A DNA stretch of 63,357 bases, filler included. It is 6 parts of 6 records of this genome, joined end to end, with 100 filler letters (N's around TTAATTAATTAA, not from the genome) between each part and the next. Parts side by side here need not be neighbours in the genome. Positions count along the whole stretch, not along the records: positions 1 to 17,427 come from SRR20825010_6169; positions 17,528 to 25,342 come from SRR20825010_6181; 4 more parts are not named here. One strand, written 5' to 3'. Below, one piece after another: positions 9,118 to 17,774 of the stretch. The stretch's first letter is position 1. Every line of letters starts with the position of its first letter. Made by a program: the position numbers and the translations under genes. The notes beneath the pieces were generated by a model. It was not told the DNA's origin. It saw only the letters and a program-made list of their open reading frames with translations, and did no database searches.

Positions 9118-9840
9118 ATGAAGCTTACAAAAATTAGTGTTTTTATTGGTCTTATTCTCTTCCTCTCTTTTTTTGATAGAATTACGGCCCAAATTCCGGC
9201 CAACGTCTATCATTTTGAGGAAAAAAGCAAGGATGGAACCCTTCATCACGAGTTGAAATTGGACGCGGATTATTATGTGCATACCGTCTATAAAGAGTCC
9301 CCTGCAGAATTTATAAAAACGATGGGGGGCTACTACAAGACCTCGGGCAATAACCTAATGGTTGATCTTGAATTTAATTCCAACCATAAAGAAGACAAAA
9401 TTACCAGTATAAATGTACCCTATAAGTTAAAAAAAGGAAACTTGATACTCGAAGGGGTCAAGCCCATGACTTTTACGCCCACTAAACTTGGCACCCAAGA
9501 TCTTGACGGCAAGTGGTTAATGACCGGCCGTGTAACGGACCAGGGCGAGCAAAGAAGGGATACCTCCAGGCCACGAAAGACTATGAAATACTTATTGAAC
9601 GGACATTTTCAATGGATTGCCTACAACACCGAAACCTTTGAGTTTTTTGGTAGCGGGGGAGGAACCTATGAGGCTACCAATGGCAAATACACAGAAAATA
9701 TAGGCTACTTCTCTAGGGACAATTCCCGAGTGGGAGCCGCCCTTTCCTTTGATTACGAATTAAACGGCAAGGATTGGCACCATACCGGCAAAAGCAGTAA
9801 GGGCGACCCCTTAAATGAAATTTGGACAATACGGGACTAA
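9118..9840 (+). CDS. Secreted protein with two lipocalin-like beta domains
   Basis: Signal peptide; repeated GGYY/GGGTY strands; LDGKWLM motif. Confidence 0.6.
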   Translation: MKLTKISVFIGLILFLSFFDRITAQIPANVYHFEEKSKDGTLHHELKLDADYYVHTVYKESPAEFIKTMGGYYKTSGNNLMVDLEFNSNHKEDKITSINVPYKLKKGNLILEGVKPMTFTPTKLGTQDLDGKWLMTGRVTDQGEQRRDTSRPRKTMKYLLNGHFQWIAYNTETFEFFGSGGGTYEATNGKYTENIGYFSRDNSRVGAALSFDYELNGKDWHHTGKSSKGDPLNEIWTIRD

Positions 9841-9874
9841 TTCTTAATCCTTTGCCTCCAAAAGTAAATCATAC

Positions 9875-9932
9875 AAAAAAAGAGCTATCTGTATTCCGAA
9901 AGGTCTATTTTCCAAAATACAGATTGCTCTTT
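9875..9932. terminator. Hairpin between convergent genes
   Basis: AAAGAGC-T-ATCTGTATT...AATACAGAT-T-GCTCTTT with an A-run on the left. Confidence 0.55.
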
Positions 9933-9962
9933 ACTCGATAATCGAGATTAAAACCTAATAAA

Positions 9963-10472
9963 TTAGGCCACCTGGTCCCGTTTAATGTTTGTTTTTAAAA
10001 CACCTGTAATGGCAGTATTCCATTTTTCGGCTCGGACAAGTTCATAATCCTCCATGTAAATACTGTTGATGTCATAAAAATTAAGAGCCTTAGTGGGCTT
10101 GTCATGGTCTAAAAAGCCGATCTCCAGATCCAATTTCTCCAAAACGGTCTCCTTCTTATTTTTGGACCTGAGCTCATAGTTTTTCTTTACGATTTTAACA
10201 TTGGACACCTCATTGAGATCTATATTTTCCAGCGCTACAACGCCGTCGAATACTTTGGAAAAAATAAGTTTCTTATTATTGGAATCCAGGCCGATAAAAG
10301 AATTGCCCCAACTTTCCTTTAAGTCGAATTTCAATTTTGTTTGGACCATTATGTTTTTAATTTCCTTTGACATTAATTTTAAATCCCCTTTTCCAGATTT
10401 ATTAAGGATTACAAAAGGTATGATGGTGCAAAGCACCAATAAAGCTGATACCAATAGCATTGATACATTCAT
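9963..10472 (-). CDS. Hypothetical membrane-anchored protein
   Basis: Likely start ATG 10472 (MNVSMLLVSALLVLCTIIPFVIL, hydrophobic N-terminus). Confidence 0.6.
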   Translation of the reverse strand: MNVSMLLVSALLVLCTIIPFVILNKSGKGDLKLMSKEIKNIMVQTKLKFDLKESWGNSFIGLDSNNKKLIFSKVFDGVVALENIDLNEVSNVKIVKKNYELRSKNKKETVLEKLDLEIGFLDHDKPTKALNFYDINSIYMEDYELVRAEKWNTAITGVLKTNIKRDQVA

Positions 10473-10593
10473 TGTATATTTTTTTAAATTATTCCATTTA
10501 CTAATTACATCCCCACTTAAAAATGTCAATTTATGGCATGGGGAAATTTCCAAAATTGCTTATTCTGGAATTACATATGACCTATGGAAAAAT

Positions 10594-10968
10594 TTATAAA
10601 AAAGTGTGAAAGGGATAGATAATGGTAAGCCCATCCAAACTAGCAATAATTTGGACCTCCCTTTTTAAGGACAAATGTTCCTTTTCCTTGAGTTCGGAGA
10701 GGCAACTTATGGCATTGGGATAAAATATATTGAGATTGGGCCTTAGTTCGTTGACCGTAGGCAATTGATAATTGCCTTCTACCAACAGCATGGTATGCCC
10801 AGAATTCGGCATCTCGTAGGTTAAATGATGGTCTGTTCGGATCTCACCATTAACCCTAGTCATAACTTCCTTGGCCTCCTTGGGGATAGCCAACGATACC
10901 TGGCCTATACCAAATAAGAGTATAACAACCAGAAACCTCAAAAGATGTAAGCACCTTGATACTTTCAT
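10594..10968 (-). CDS. Hypothetical exported protein ending IIYPFHTFL
   Basis: Signal-like N-terminus; exact TAnnTTTG element (TATCTTTG, 10973-10980) 4 nt before the ATG. Confidence 0.6.
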   Translation of the reverse strand: MKVSRCLHLLRFLVVILLFGIGQVSLAIPKEAKEVMTRVNGEIRTDHHLTYEMPNSGHTMLLVEGNYQLPTVNELRPNLNIFYPNAISCLSELKEKEHLSLKREVQIIASLDGLTIIYPFHTFL

Positions 10969-11024
10969 AGCACAAAGATATACAGAGTTATTCCAAAAGA
11001 TTTGTTAAAAATTAAAAGTGAGGA

Positions 11025-11456
11025 TTACTCATTTATGCCAATATCCGACTTACCCCCCGTTTTCTTTAACAGCTTAATATTTTGGATTTCAATTCCCTTG
11101 TCTATAGGCTTTAACATGTCGTACATATTAAGGGCCACTATACTGGCGCCGTGCATAGCCTCTACTTCCACCCCTGTCTTGTAAATGGTCTTCACCGTAA
11201 TCAAAACCGTAATCTTTAAACCGTCAATAGAGTAGGAAATATCGGTGTACTCTATGGGCAAGGGGTGACAGTCGGGCAATAGGTCTGCAGTCTTCTTTAC
11301 TCCCAATAAACCGGCAGCCTTGCTCATGGCAAATACATCGCCTTTTGGGACCGTATTATTTTTTATCGCCATTATAGTATCCTCCGTACTTACCTGGACT
11401 ATAGCCTGGGCAACAGCAGTGCGTAATGTGGCTTTCTTATGGGTAATATCTACCAT
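11025..11456 (-). CDS. moaC: Cyclic pyranopterin monophosphate synthase MoaC
   Basis: MVDITHK, KGDV, LLPDCHP, TGVEVEAM, YDMLK, KKTGGKS. Confidence 0.93.
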   Translation of the reverse strand: MVDITHKKATLRTAVAQAIVQVSTEDTIMAIKNNTVPKGDVFAMSKAAGLLGVKKTADLLPDCHPLPIEYTDISYSIDGLKITVLITVKTIYKTGVEVEAMHGASIVALNMYDMLKPIDKGIEIQNIKLLKKTGGKSDIGINE

Positions 11457-11458
11457 TG

Positions 11459-11902
11459 TTATTTATTTACTTTCCACTGATAGGAATCATCCTTAAAAAC
11501 TTCCTTTCCAAAAATAGGAACCTGATTTTTTATTTCCTCCACAACATGATGTAGGGCCTCAAAAACTTCTTTTCTATGGGGTGATGACACAAAAACAAAA
11601 AGACATATTTCTCCCGCGTTTACCCTTCCCGAACTGTGATAGATATGCATACAACTTAAGTTATATTTGGCAAAGGCAGCCTCCCTAATTTCGTGAAACT
11701 TTAGATTGGCCATTTCCTCATAGGCCGTGTATTCTATAGCGGCTACTTCCTGCCCGTCAATAAGATCTGCCCTTACTTGGCCCAAAAAAATATCGTGGGC
11801 GCCAATTGCGGTTTTGGATTGGTGCTTGGCAATGGAATTGGCAATGAACTCCGGGCTTATTGCACCTTCTACAAATACATTTTTGATTTTGCTCTTTTCC
11901 AT
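11459..11902 (-). CDS. moaE: Molybdopterin synthase catalytic subunit MoaE
   Basis: FLGQVR, EYTAYEEMA, SSPHRKE, KNQVPIFGKE; likely start ATG 11902. Confidence 0.9.
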   Translation of the reverse strand: MEKSKIKNVFVEGAISPEFIANSIAKHQSKTAIGAHDIFLGQVRADLIDGQEVAAIEYTAYEEMANLKFHEIREAAFAKYNLSCMHIYHSSGRVNAGEICLFVFVSSPHRKEVFEALHHVVEEIKNQVPIFGKEVFKDDSYQWKVNK

Positions 11903-12075
11903 GAAAAATACTTTAGTGCTAAGGTAATCAACATTCAGGAATTTTAGGGTATGAACAAAATGGTTTCCTAAGCCGATAAACTTCACCGGAACTACCCAAA
12001 TTCCCGTATTGAAAAGTCCTACAACTGGGAAACTTTTTGGCAGACCAAAGGTTCAAATTGGGTTGCTAGCTATAT

Positions 12076-13947
12076 TTACACCAATCTTGAAAAACGTGCA
12101 TTTGAATAAGGAAAATCCACACCCATGGCAAAAGCCGTAAAAAGCCCACCGACCAATGCAGATACCAAGGTTTCCCAACCAACAGTCGGTGTTATGTACA
12201 CTACATCTACAGGTAGGATGGTCATAAACATGCCAACAAGAACGGATGCGATTGCTGTCCATTGATATAGTCTTAACCCTTTTACAATAGGTGTTTGCAC
12301 CTCTCCCCTATATGCCTCCTCCACAAAACGGCCTATCCCTGTCAATATTAAATACAGGCCAAAAATAAATGGCGAAGGAAAATCATTATTATGAAGTGAT
12401 AAAAGAATAAACCCAACCAAAAAAAGCCAAATCATGGCATACAAAGGCGTTGGGTGAAGCAGTTCGCCCTTCAAATCTGAAATACCACAAACGCGAGAAC
12501 GATAACGGTAATATTTAATTCCAATGTCCGGGTTGTCTACCTTTCCACCATGGCAACATCCATTTACCAAACAACGAAAGCGACCAATGGCTTGGACCCA
12601 TGGCATAAATACCGATATTACTCCAATAACCACCCATACATTATACCCCAAAGCCCATACGGCTATACTTGCAAAAAGAATCCCCACCAAGGCACCATAA
12701 TAACCATAGGGTCTTTTCAATTTCTCCGAGCCTTCTATTATTTGCGCCCAAAGTGCAGAAAATACAATTACTATAAAAGAAAACACCAAGATTGCCCAAG
12801 CATAGGCATCACCCACTAAAATCCCAGAAAGAAAAATCCCAAAAAAGGTACCAAAGCCTACATAGAAACCATAATTTATCACCCTTAGCTTTCCAAATAC
12901 CCATTCCTGCCATGAATTGGCTATTTTTTCAGCTCTTTTCCTTAAAAAGGTCCAAATTTTAAAATAATTACCAGCTATTAGAAATATTAGGGCAGAACAA
13001 AGTAAATGAAGCTCTGCAGAATTGCTGAAAGATAATTGTATACAACTGAATACAATTGCCAATAGCCCAAATATAATACCCTTGGTCTTTGATTGTTTGT
13101 AAATAATCTTAACTGAAAGCAACATCAAAAAGATGGGAATATAATAGAAAAAGCCATTTTGACCCGGAAGATATTGTGCACATACACTAGGAAATAACAG
13201 TGCTGTATAGGAAGAAATAAATATAGCAAGGATAGATACAATTACCCAGTTCCTTAACAAATCCTTCCTCTCAATAAAAAGAGGCACTGCGATTAGAAAA
13301 AACAAACTCAATAAGAGCAAATACTGATTTTCAGTATTTATGGGCAAATTCAACGGTTTTCCCCATGCAGCCTTGCTGTCTCCTACCAAAAAGGATATAA
13401 CATAATTAGACAAAAATAAAAATACCAATACCCATAATATGGATACTAAACGCGAACTTTTATCAGCCAATCCGGTTGTACCCTCAGCAATATCCAAAAT
13501 TGTGGACTTGACCTCATTTGGAAATCTTTTCTTCAAATCTATGGCTTCGTACCCCAAAACAAGGGCTATCATAGAGAAGATGGTAATAGGTGTTACCAGC
13601 CAGAGACCACTTGCCGACTTGGTCAAAATAAAATACCCAATTACTAAAAGGCCGAAACCCCAATAAATAGGATGTTTCAGGAAATGGTATGGCCCTTTGG
13701 TTACAAATTTTCTTGGAGGATAGGCGTTCATAGGCAATCCTTCCCCATATTTTTTTAAATAGAACATGGCCGTTACCATTAGCAATGCGCCAAATCCAAT
13801 AAACATCCAACCTGTAAAGATTGATTCAATTGCAGGTAAGTCTATCACGTCTTCTGTATATTTTGCCCAAAGAACTAACATTAGGGGGATAATGATGAGA
13901 AAGAGGACGGCATATAGTGTTTTGTTTATTCGATTCCTTGTATTCAT
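12076..13947 (-). CDS. Polytopic membrane fusion: PEMT/ICMT-like methyltransferase domain plus C-terminal Lgt-like domain
   Basis: N-terminal GEGLPMNAYPPRKFVTKGPYHFLKHPIYWG; C-terminal IGRFRCLVNGCCHG, HPTPLY, GIGRFVEEAYR. Confidence 0.8.
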   Translation of the reverse strand: MNTRNRINKTLYAVLFLIIIPLMLVLWAKYTEDVIDLPAIESIFTGWMFIGFGALLMVTAMFYLKKYGEGLPMNAYPPRKFVTKGPYHFLKHPIYWGFGLLVIGYFILTKSASGLWLVTPITIFSMIALVLGYEAIDLKKRFPNEVKSTILDIAEGTTGLADKSSRLVSILWVLVFLFLSNYVISFLVGDSKAAWGKPLNLPINTENQYLLLLSLFFLIAVPLFIERKDLLRNWVIVSILAIFISSYTALLFPSVCAQYLPGQNGFFYYIPIFLMLLSVKIIYKQSKTKGIIFGLLAIVFSCIQLSFSNSAELHLLCSALIFLIAGNYFKIWTFLRKRAEKIANSWQEWVFGKLRVINYGFYVGFGTFFGIFLSGILVGDAYAWAILVFSFIVIVFSALWAQIIEGSEKLKRPYGYYGALVGILFASIAVWALGYNVWVVIGVISVFMPWVQAIGRFRCLVNGCCHGGKVDNPDIGIKYYRYRSRVCGISDLKGELLHPTPLYAMIWLFLVGFILLSLHNNDFPSPFIFGLYLILTGIGRFVEEAYRGEVQTPIVKGLRLYQWTAIASVLVGMFMTILPVDVVYITPTVGWETLVSALVGGLFTAFAMGVDFPYSNARFSRLV

Positions 13948-14705
13948 TTCATTCGCATTTTATAGAAAAAAATAAGCATGGAAATAACTGAAAAGCCGAA
14001 ACCATAAACCAAACTGTTCACAGTGGCTACAGTTGCAGAAAAATCTGTTACCGCGGTAATAATGGCCGATTGGGAAGGGAAATAGGCCGGGAGGAATTTT
14101 ATGATTACTTGATTTTGTGCTTCAGCATAAAACAAAGGGTTCTGCAGCCAACCTGCATCTATATTTACAAGCAGTACGATCAACAAAATACCTTCCAACT
14201 CTGCCTTGACAAGACTTCCAATGACCAGGCCGTAACTTCCGTAGACAAAGCCAATTAGTACTAACCCAATAATAAAACTACCAAGGTGATCAATGGAATA
14301 AAATACACTTGTAAGCAGCCCTGTATAAATAGCTATTATTACAATCACCAAAAACAAGGCAAGCAAAATAGAAATTAATAATTCTATGGGATGATAGCCG
14401 CAAAGAATAAGCCTACGGTTAACATCATTGTTTTTTTGAACTAGGTTTAAGGCCAAAAATGCAACCAGAAAACCAGATGAGGCTACGGCGAAAAAGATGA
14501 AGGAAATAGCTTTTTCACTAATATTAACAAAAACCTCCTCACCTACTGAAGCCAATTGAAAAGGAAGTATTCTGTCCGAAGTCGTAATCTGTACCATTGT
14601 CAAGAAAAATGCGGGAATGAGCAAAAGCAAAATAATCACGATCTTTTGGCGAACAAGCATTCTCAAAATCATGGATAAACCTATTGTGATCTTATTCAGC
14701 GTCAT
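13944..14705 (-). CDS. ABC-2 type exporter permease
   Basis: About six hydrophobic segments; overlaps the ATPase gene by 4 nt. Confidence 0.8.
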   Translation of the reverse strand: MTLNKITIGLSMILRMLVRQKIVIILLLLIPAFFLTMVQITTSDRILPFQLASVGEEVFVNISEKAISFIFFAVASSGFLVAFLALNLVQKNNDVNRRLILCGYHPIELLISILLALFLVIVIIAIYTGLLTSVFYSIDHLGSFIIGLVLIGFVYGSYGLVIGSLVKAELEGILLIVLLVNIDAGWLQNPLFYAEAQNQVIIKFLPAYFPSQSAIITAVTDFSATVATVNSLVYGFGFSVISMLIFFYKMRMK

Positions 14706-15301
14706 ACCAATATCCCGTTTTCAAGTTGATAAATTCGATCAAGTCTTTCCTTTTCATTCAGCAAATGGGTAACAATTAGTATGGCACAACCCCTGTTCTT
14801 AAGTTCAGTGGTATAATTCCAAAACCGTTGATAGGTGTCCCAATCAAAACCATTATACGGCTCATCCAATATCAATAAGTTTGGCTCATGCAGAAGAGCT
14901 ATTGAGAGGTTAAGTTTTTGTTGGGTACCCCCACTCAAATTAATAATTTTTTCATATTGGTACTTTTTATAATTGAAGTATAGGAGCAGTTCTTCATACC
15001 GCACCTTAGATAGCCCACTGTTAACACCGTAGGCCACAGAAAAATAATCGAAATGTTCCTGCACCGTAAGATGTGGAAAAACAACTGCCCTTTGTGGGCA
15101 ATAACCTATACTGCCAATAATTTTAACACTTCCCCTATGCGCACTGCGAAGTCCAACAATGATCTCCATTAAAACCGACTTCCCGGAACCATTTTCTCCA
15201 ACAATACCCGTGATAGATCCCGCCTCCAATTGAAAGGAGATATCTTTGAGGACATTTTTTCTTCCGAAGGATTTCGCGATATGTTCAGCCTTTAAAATCA
15301 T
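14702..15301 (-). CDS. ABC transporter ATP-binding protein
   Basis: Walker A GENGSGKS, signature LSGG, Walker B LILDEP, H-loop VTH. Confidence 0.93.
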   Translation of the reverse strand: MILKAEHIAKSFGRKNVLKDISFQLEAGSITGIVGENGSGKSVLMEIIVGLRSAHRGSVKIIGSIGYCPQRAVVFPHLTVQEHFDYFSVAYGVNSGLSKVRYEELLLYFNYKKYQYEKIINLSGGTQQKLNLSIALLHEPNLLILDEPYNGFDWDTYQRFWNYTTELKNRGCAILIVTHLLNEKERLDRIYQLENGILV

Positions 15302-16113
15302 TGATCCTGTACGTTAAAATCAACCCACTCATGGATGGCCATGCCATTTATAACAGGATCCCCATTTTTTTGAAATTCACCTTTACTTAACCACTTGTGA
15401 TTTTTAGCCATCAAAAACTTGGAGGGCATCAACTTATTAAATCCAGGTAAGTATCTTAGAAGTTTATACACTACCTGATGTATTTTTTTTTCGGATTCAA
15501 TAACTACACCTCTATCGAGCTTTAGTGAAAAAGCCCTTTCATCTGATGAAAGGCAATTGTCTTCTATACTACAATTTGTTATTTTTTCGCCATTAAGCCA
15601 TATCCATTGCTGTTGTTTTTCCGCTCGTAATTCTATCCAAACAATGGTATTGCCCAGCGAATGGAATCTCCCCCAACGCAGATCGTTCATAGGGATATGC
15701 CATGGAGGGGCGGTTAGAATCAATTGTTCAACGTATCCGTTGCCTTTAACAACCTTATCCCCAATATTCAGCTTCACCTTAGAAGCAGGCTGAAAACAGT
15801 TCCAGTCCAGAAACCCATGATCAGCATCATATATCCGGGCTTGTAGAGGTTTAGCAACAGATTCCCACAGTCCAGAAACCTTAAATTTGTCATCGCGCCA
15901 ACTGATCAATTTTTCCTTTTTCTTAGGTATTATTACATTTCGAAAATGGGAAGACACCTTAACCCCATTCTCGGAATCATATTGTATCCAACTTGCATAA
16001 TGGGCCGAGAATCCATTCCAAGTTAATTTTGCGGCGTAAAAGATCATTGCTTCACCTTTGTCCCCTATAAAATCGAGAAACCATTTGTTCAGATGAAAAT
16101 TGGATCTTGCCAC
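15298..16113 (-). CDS. Trp-rich hypothetical protein, possibly CrtC/AttH/tocopherol-cyclase-like fold
   Basis: KWFLDF near the N-terminus and GNGYVE..PPW..LRWGRF loosely resemble that family; inside a coupled operon. Confidence 0.45.
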   Translation of the reverse strand: MARSNFHLNKWFLDFIGDKGEAMIFYAAKLTWNGFSAHYASWIQYDSENGVKVSSHFRNVIIPKKKEKLISWRDDKFKVSGLWESVAKPLQARIYDADHGFLDWNCFQPASKVKLNIGDKVVKGNGYVEQLILTAPPWHIPMNDLRWGRFHSLGNTIVWIELRAEKQQQWIWLNGEKITNCSIEDNCLSSDERAFSLKLDRGVVIESEKKIHQVVYKLLRYLPGFNKLMPSKFLMAKNHKWLSKGEFQKNGDPVINGMAIHEWVDFNVQDQ

Positions 16114-16119
16114 TTGCTT

Positions 16120-16983
16120 TTAATTGTTTTGATTGTCCGAAATAATTTGTTTAAAAACCTTCTTCGCGGGAATCTCATAAACCAAGGTAAATGCCCATTT
16201 TTGCAATAGTGAAAAATTCCCCTCAGGCAATCTCCTATGATGCTCTTCAAGAAGTTGCATCCCATTTTCTGCACGTTCAAGTATCCATTTTTTTATTTTT
16301 ACAGAAGCGGGATTATTCAGATCTTCCTTGGAAATTTGGAGCCGTATGCATTCCTCCTGGGAGATATTAACATAACCTGCGGCCAAATCCGCAGCTATAT
16401 CCTCTATGTCATATTGGTACCTACAGGCCATCCCAAGTGGTTCCAATAAGGTATATTTCTCCGGATCATCCTTAAAAACCTTTAAAGTTGCTTTTATAGT
16501 ACCCCTGATATCCAATAAGTGGAAATGGTGTATTAAATCCACTTTGGGAAAAATGGTCATTTTACCGCGTCGATTTGCATCGAAAAGTAATGAGTTAAGG
16601 ATATCGGCAGTTTCTTCCCCGAAATCTTCACCAAATTTTTCTGCCAGCTTAAAACAATGAACCATTAAATGGTCTACTTCGTCTTTAGGGTGAATCGGAT
16701 TTTTTGAGAATTCTATTTTTTCCAATAAGTAATCCTTTCCACTTAAATACCCTTTTGGCATAGGCGCGTCACCATCAACAATATCATCTAGAAATCGCAT
16801 TAAAACGTAATAACATTCCAAGAATTCACCTCTTATCGGGGCAAAAGCGGCGTATTTAAAGAAACGCAGATAACGCAAAAAAATCCGGTACTTCCAATCG
16901 CGTGTTGCCAACATATGCTTAAAGACCCGATTACGAATTGCTATCGGCTCCATCGCAACGTCAGATTGCACAATCATGCTCAC
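16120..16983 (-). CDS. Squalene/phytoene synthase-like class I isoprenoid synthase
   Basis: First Asp motif YYVLMRFLDDIVDGD; second motif LGMACRYQYDIEDIAADLAAGYVNI; the start may be ATG 16977. Confidence 0.75.
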   Translation of the reverse strand: MSMIVQSDVAMEPIAIRNRVFKHMLATRDWKYRIFLRYLRFFKYAAFAPIRGEFLECYYVLMRFLDDIVDGDAPMPKGYLSGKDYLLEKIEFSKNPIHPKDEVDHLMVHCFKLAEKFGEDFGEETADILNSLLFDANRRGKMTIFPKVDLIHHFHLLDIRGTIKATLKVFKDDPEKYTLLEPLGMACRYQYDIEDIAADLAAGYVNISQEECIRLQISKEDLNNPASVKIKKWILERAENGMQLLEEHHRRLPEGNFSLLQKWAFTLVYEIPAKKVFKQIISDNQNN

Positions 16984-17427
16984 AATGTGTTTATTATACC
17001 TTTTACCATATAGCTTTTCTTTAGACCAAGGCCTAGATACTTGTTCAAAACTAAATAATGGGGAAACGCCCGAATAATTTCTGCGGGCTCATTAAATTTA
17101 TTAAAAGGCAGGAATTTCCCATTGGGAAATCCATTTGTTTTTGCGGATTTATACTATGCCTTTAGTACAATTTAGTAAAAAAATGGCCATAATCATTATC
17201 AATCTTAAGAAAGATACGGATTTAAAACATGTGAAGAAGGGTGTTATTAAGATATTCCCTTCAACTTTTATAGGTTCTAAGTATTAATTATTCAAATCCT
17301 CCCACAAAAATCCTCTAGGACTTCCCTTGGATCAGGAACCAGCCAGAATTGCCTTGGGTTATTTAAATATTATAAATCGTTTATTGTACCTGAGCACAAA
17401 TAAAAGGTATTAAACCTCAGGGCAAGC

Positions 17428-17527
17428 NNNNNNNNNNNNNNNNNNNNNNNNNNNNNNNNNNNNNNNNNNNNTTAATTAATTAANNNNNNNNNNNNNNNNN
17501 NNNNNNNNNNNNNNNNNNNNNNNNNNN
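17428..17527. other. Artificial contig spacer
   Basis: N-run + TTAATTAATTAA (stops in all six frames) + N-run, 100 nt. Confidence 0.98.
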
Positions 17528-17774
17528 TTAGTCTTTATTCTTTTTTCTTATAGCGAAGCGGTCTTTTATTTTTACTCAGAACAGGCTCTGGGGAATCCCC
17601 CTCAGTGAGGGATTTAATAGAAACTGAAATATTCTTTAAAAATGAAAGTATTCATACAAGCCTCATTTAAACAAAACCTTCTTTCACAATACAATTTAAA
17701 ATTCTTCTAAATTAAAAATTATATATAAGTTCTTATCTTGTATAACGACATATATTCTATAGCTAAATTAATAC

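Noticed and set aside
17428-17527. TTAATTAATTAA motif repeated five times inside N-runs
   Set aside because: It is an identical synthetic six-frame-stop linker joining contigs. Adjacency across the spacers has no biological meaning, so bacteria-mitochondrion gene transfer is not supported.
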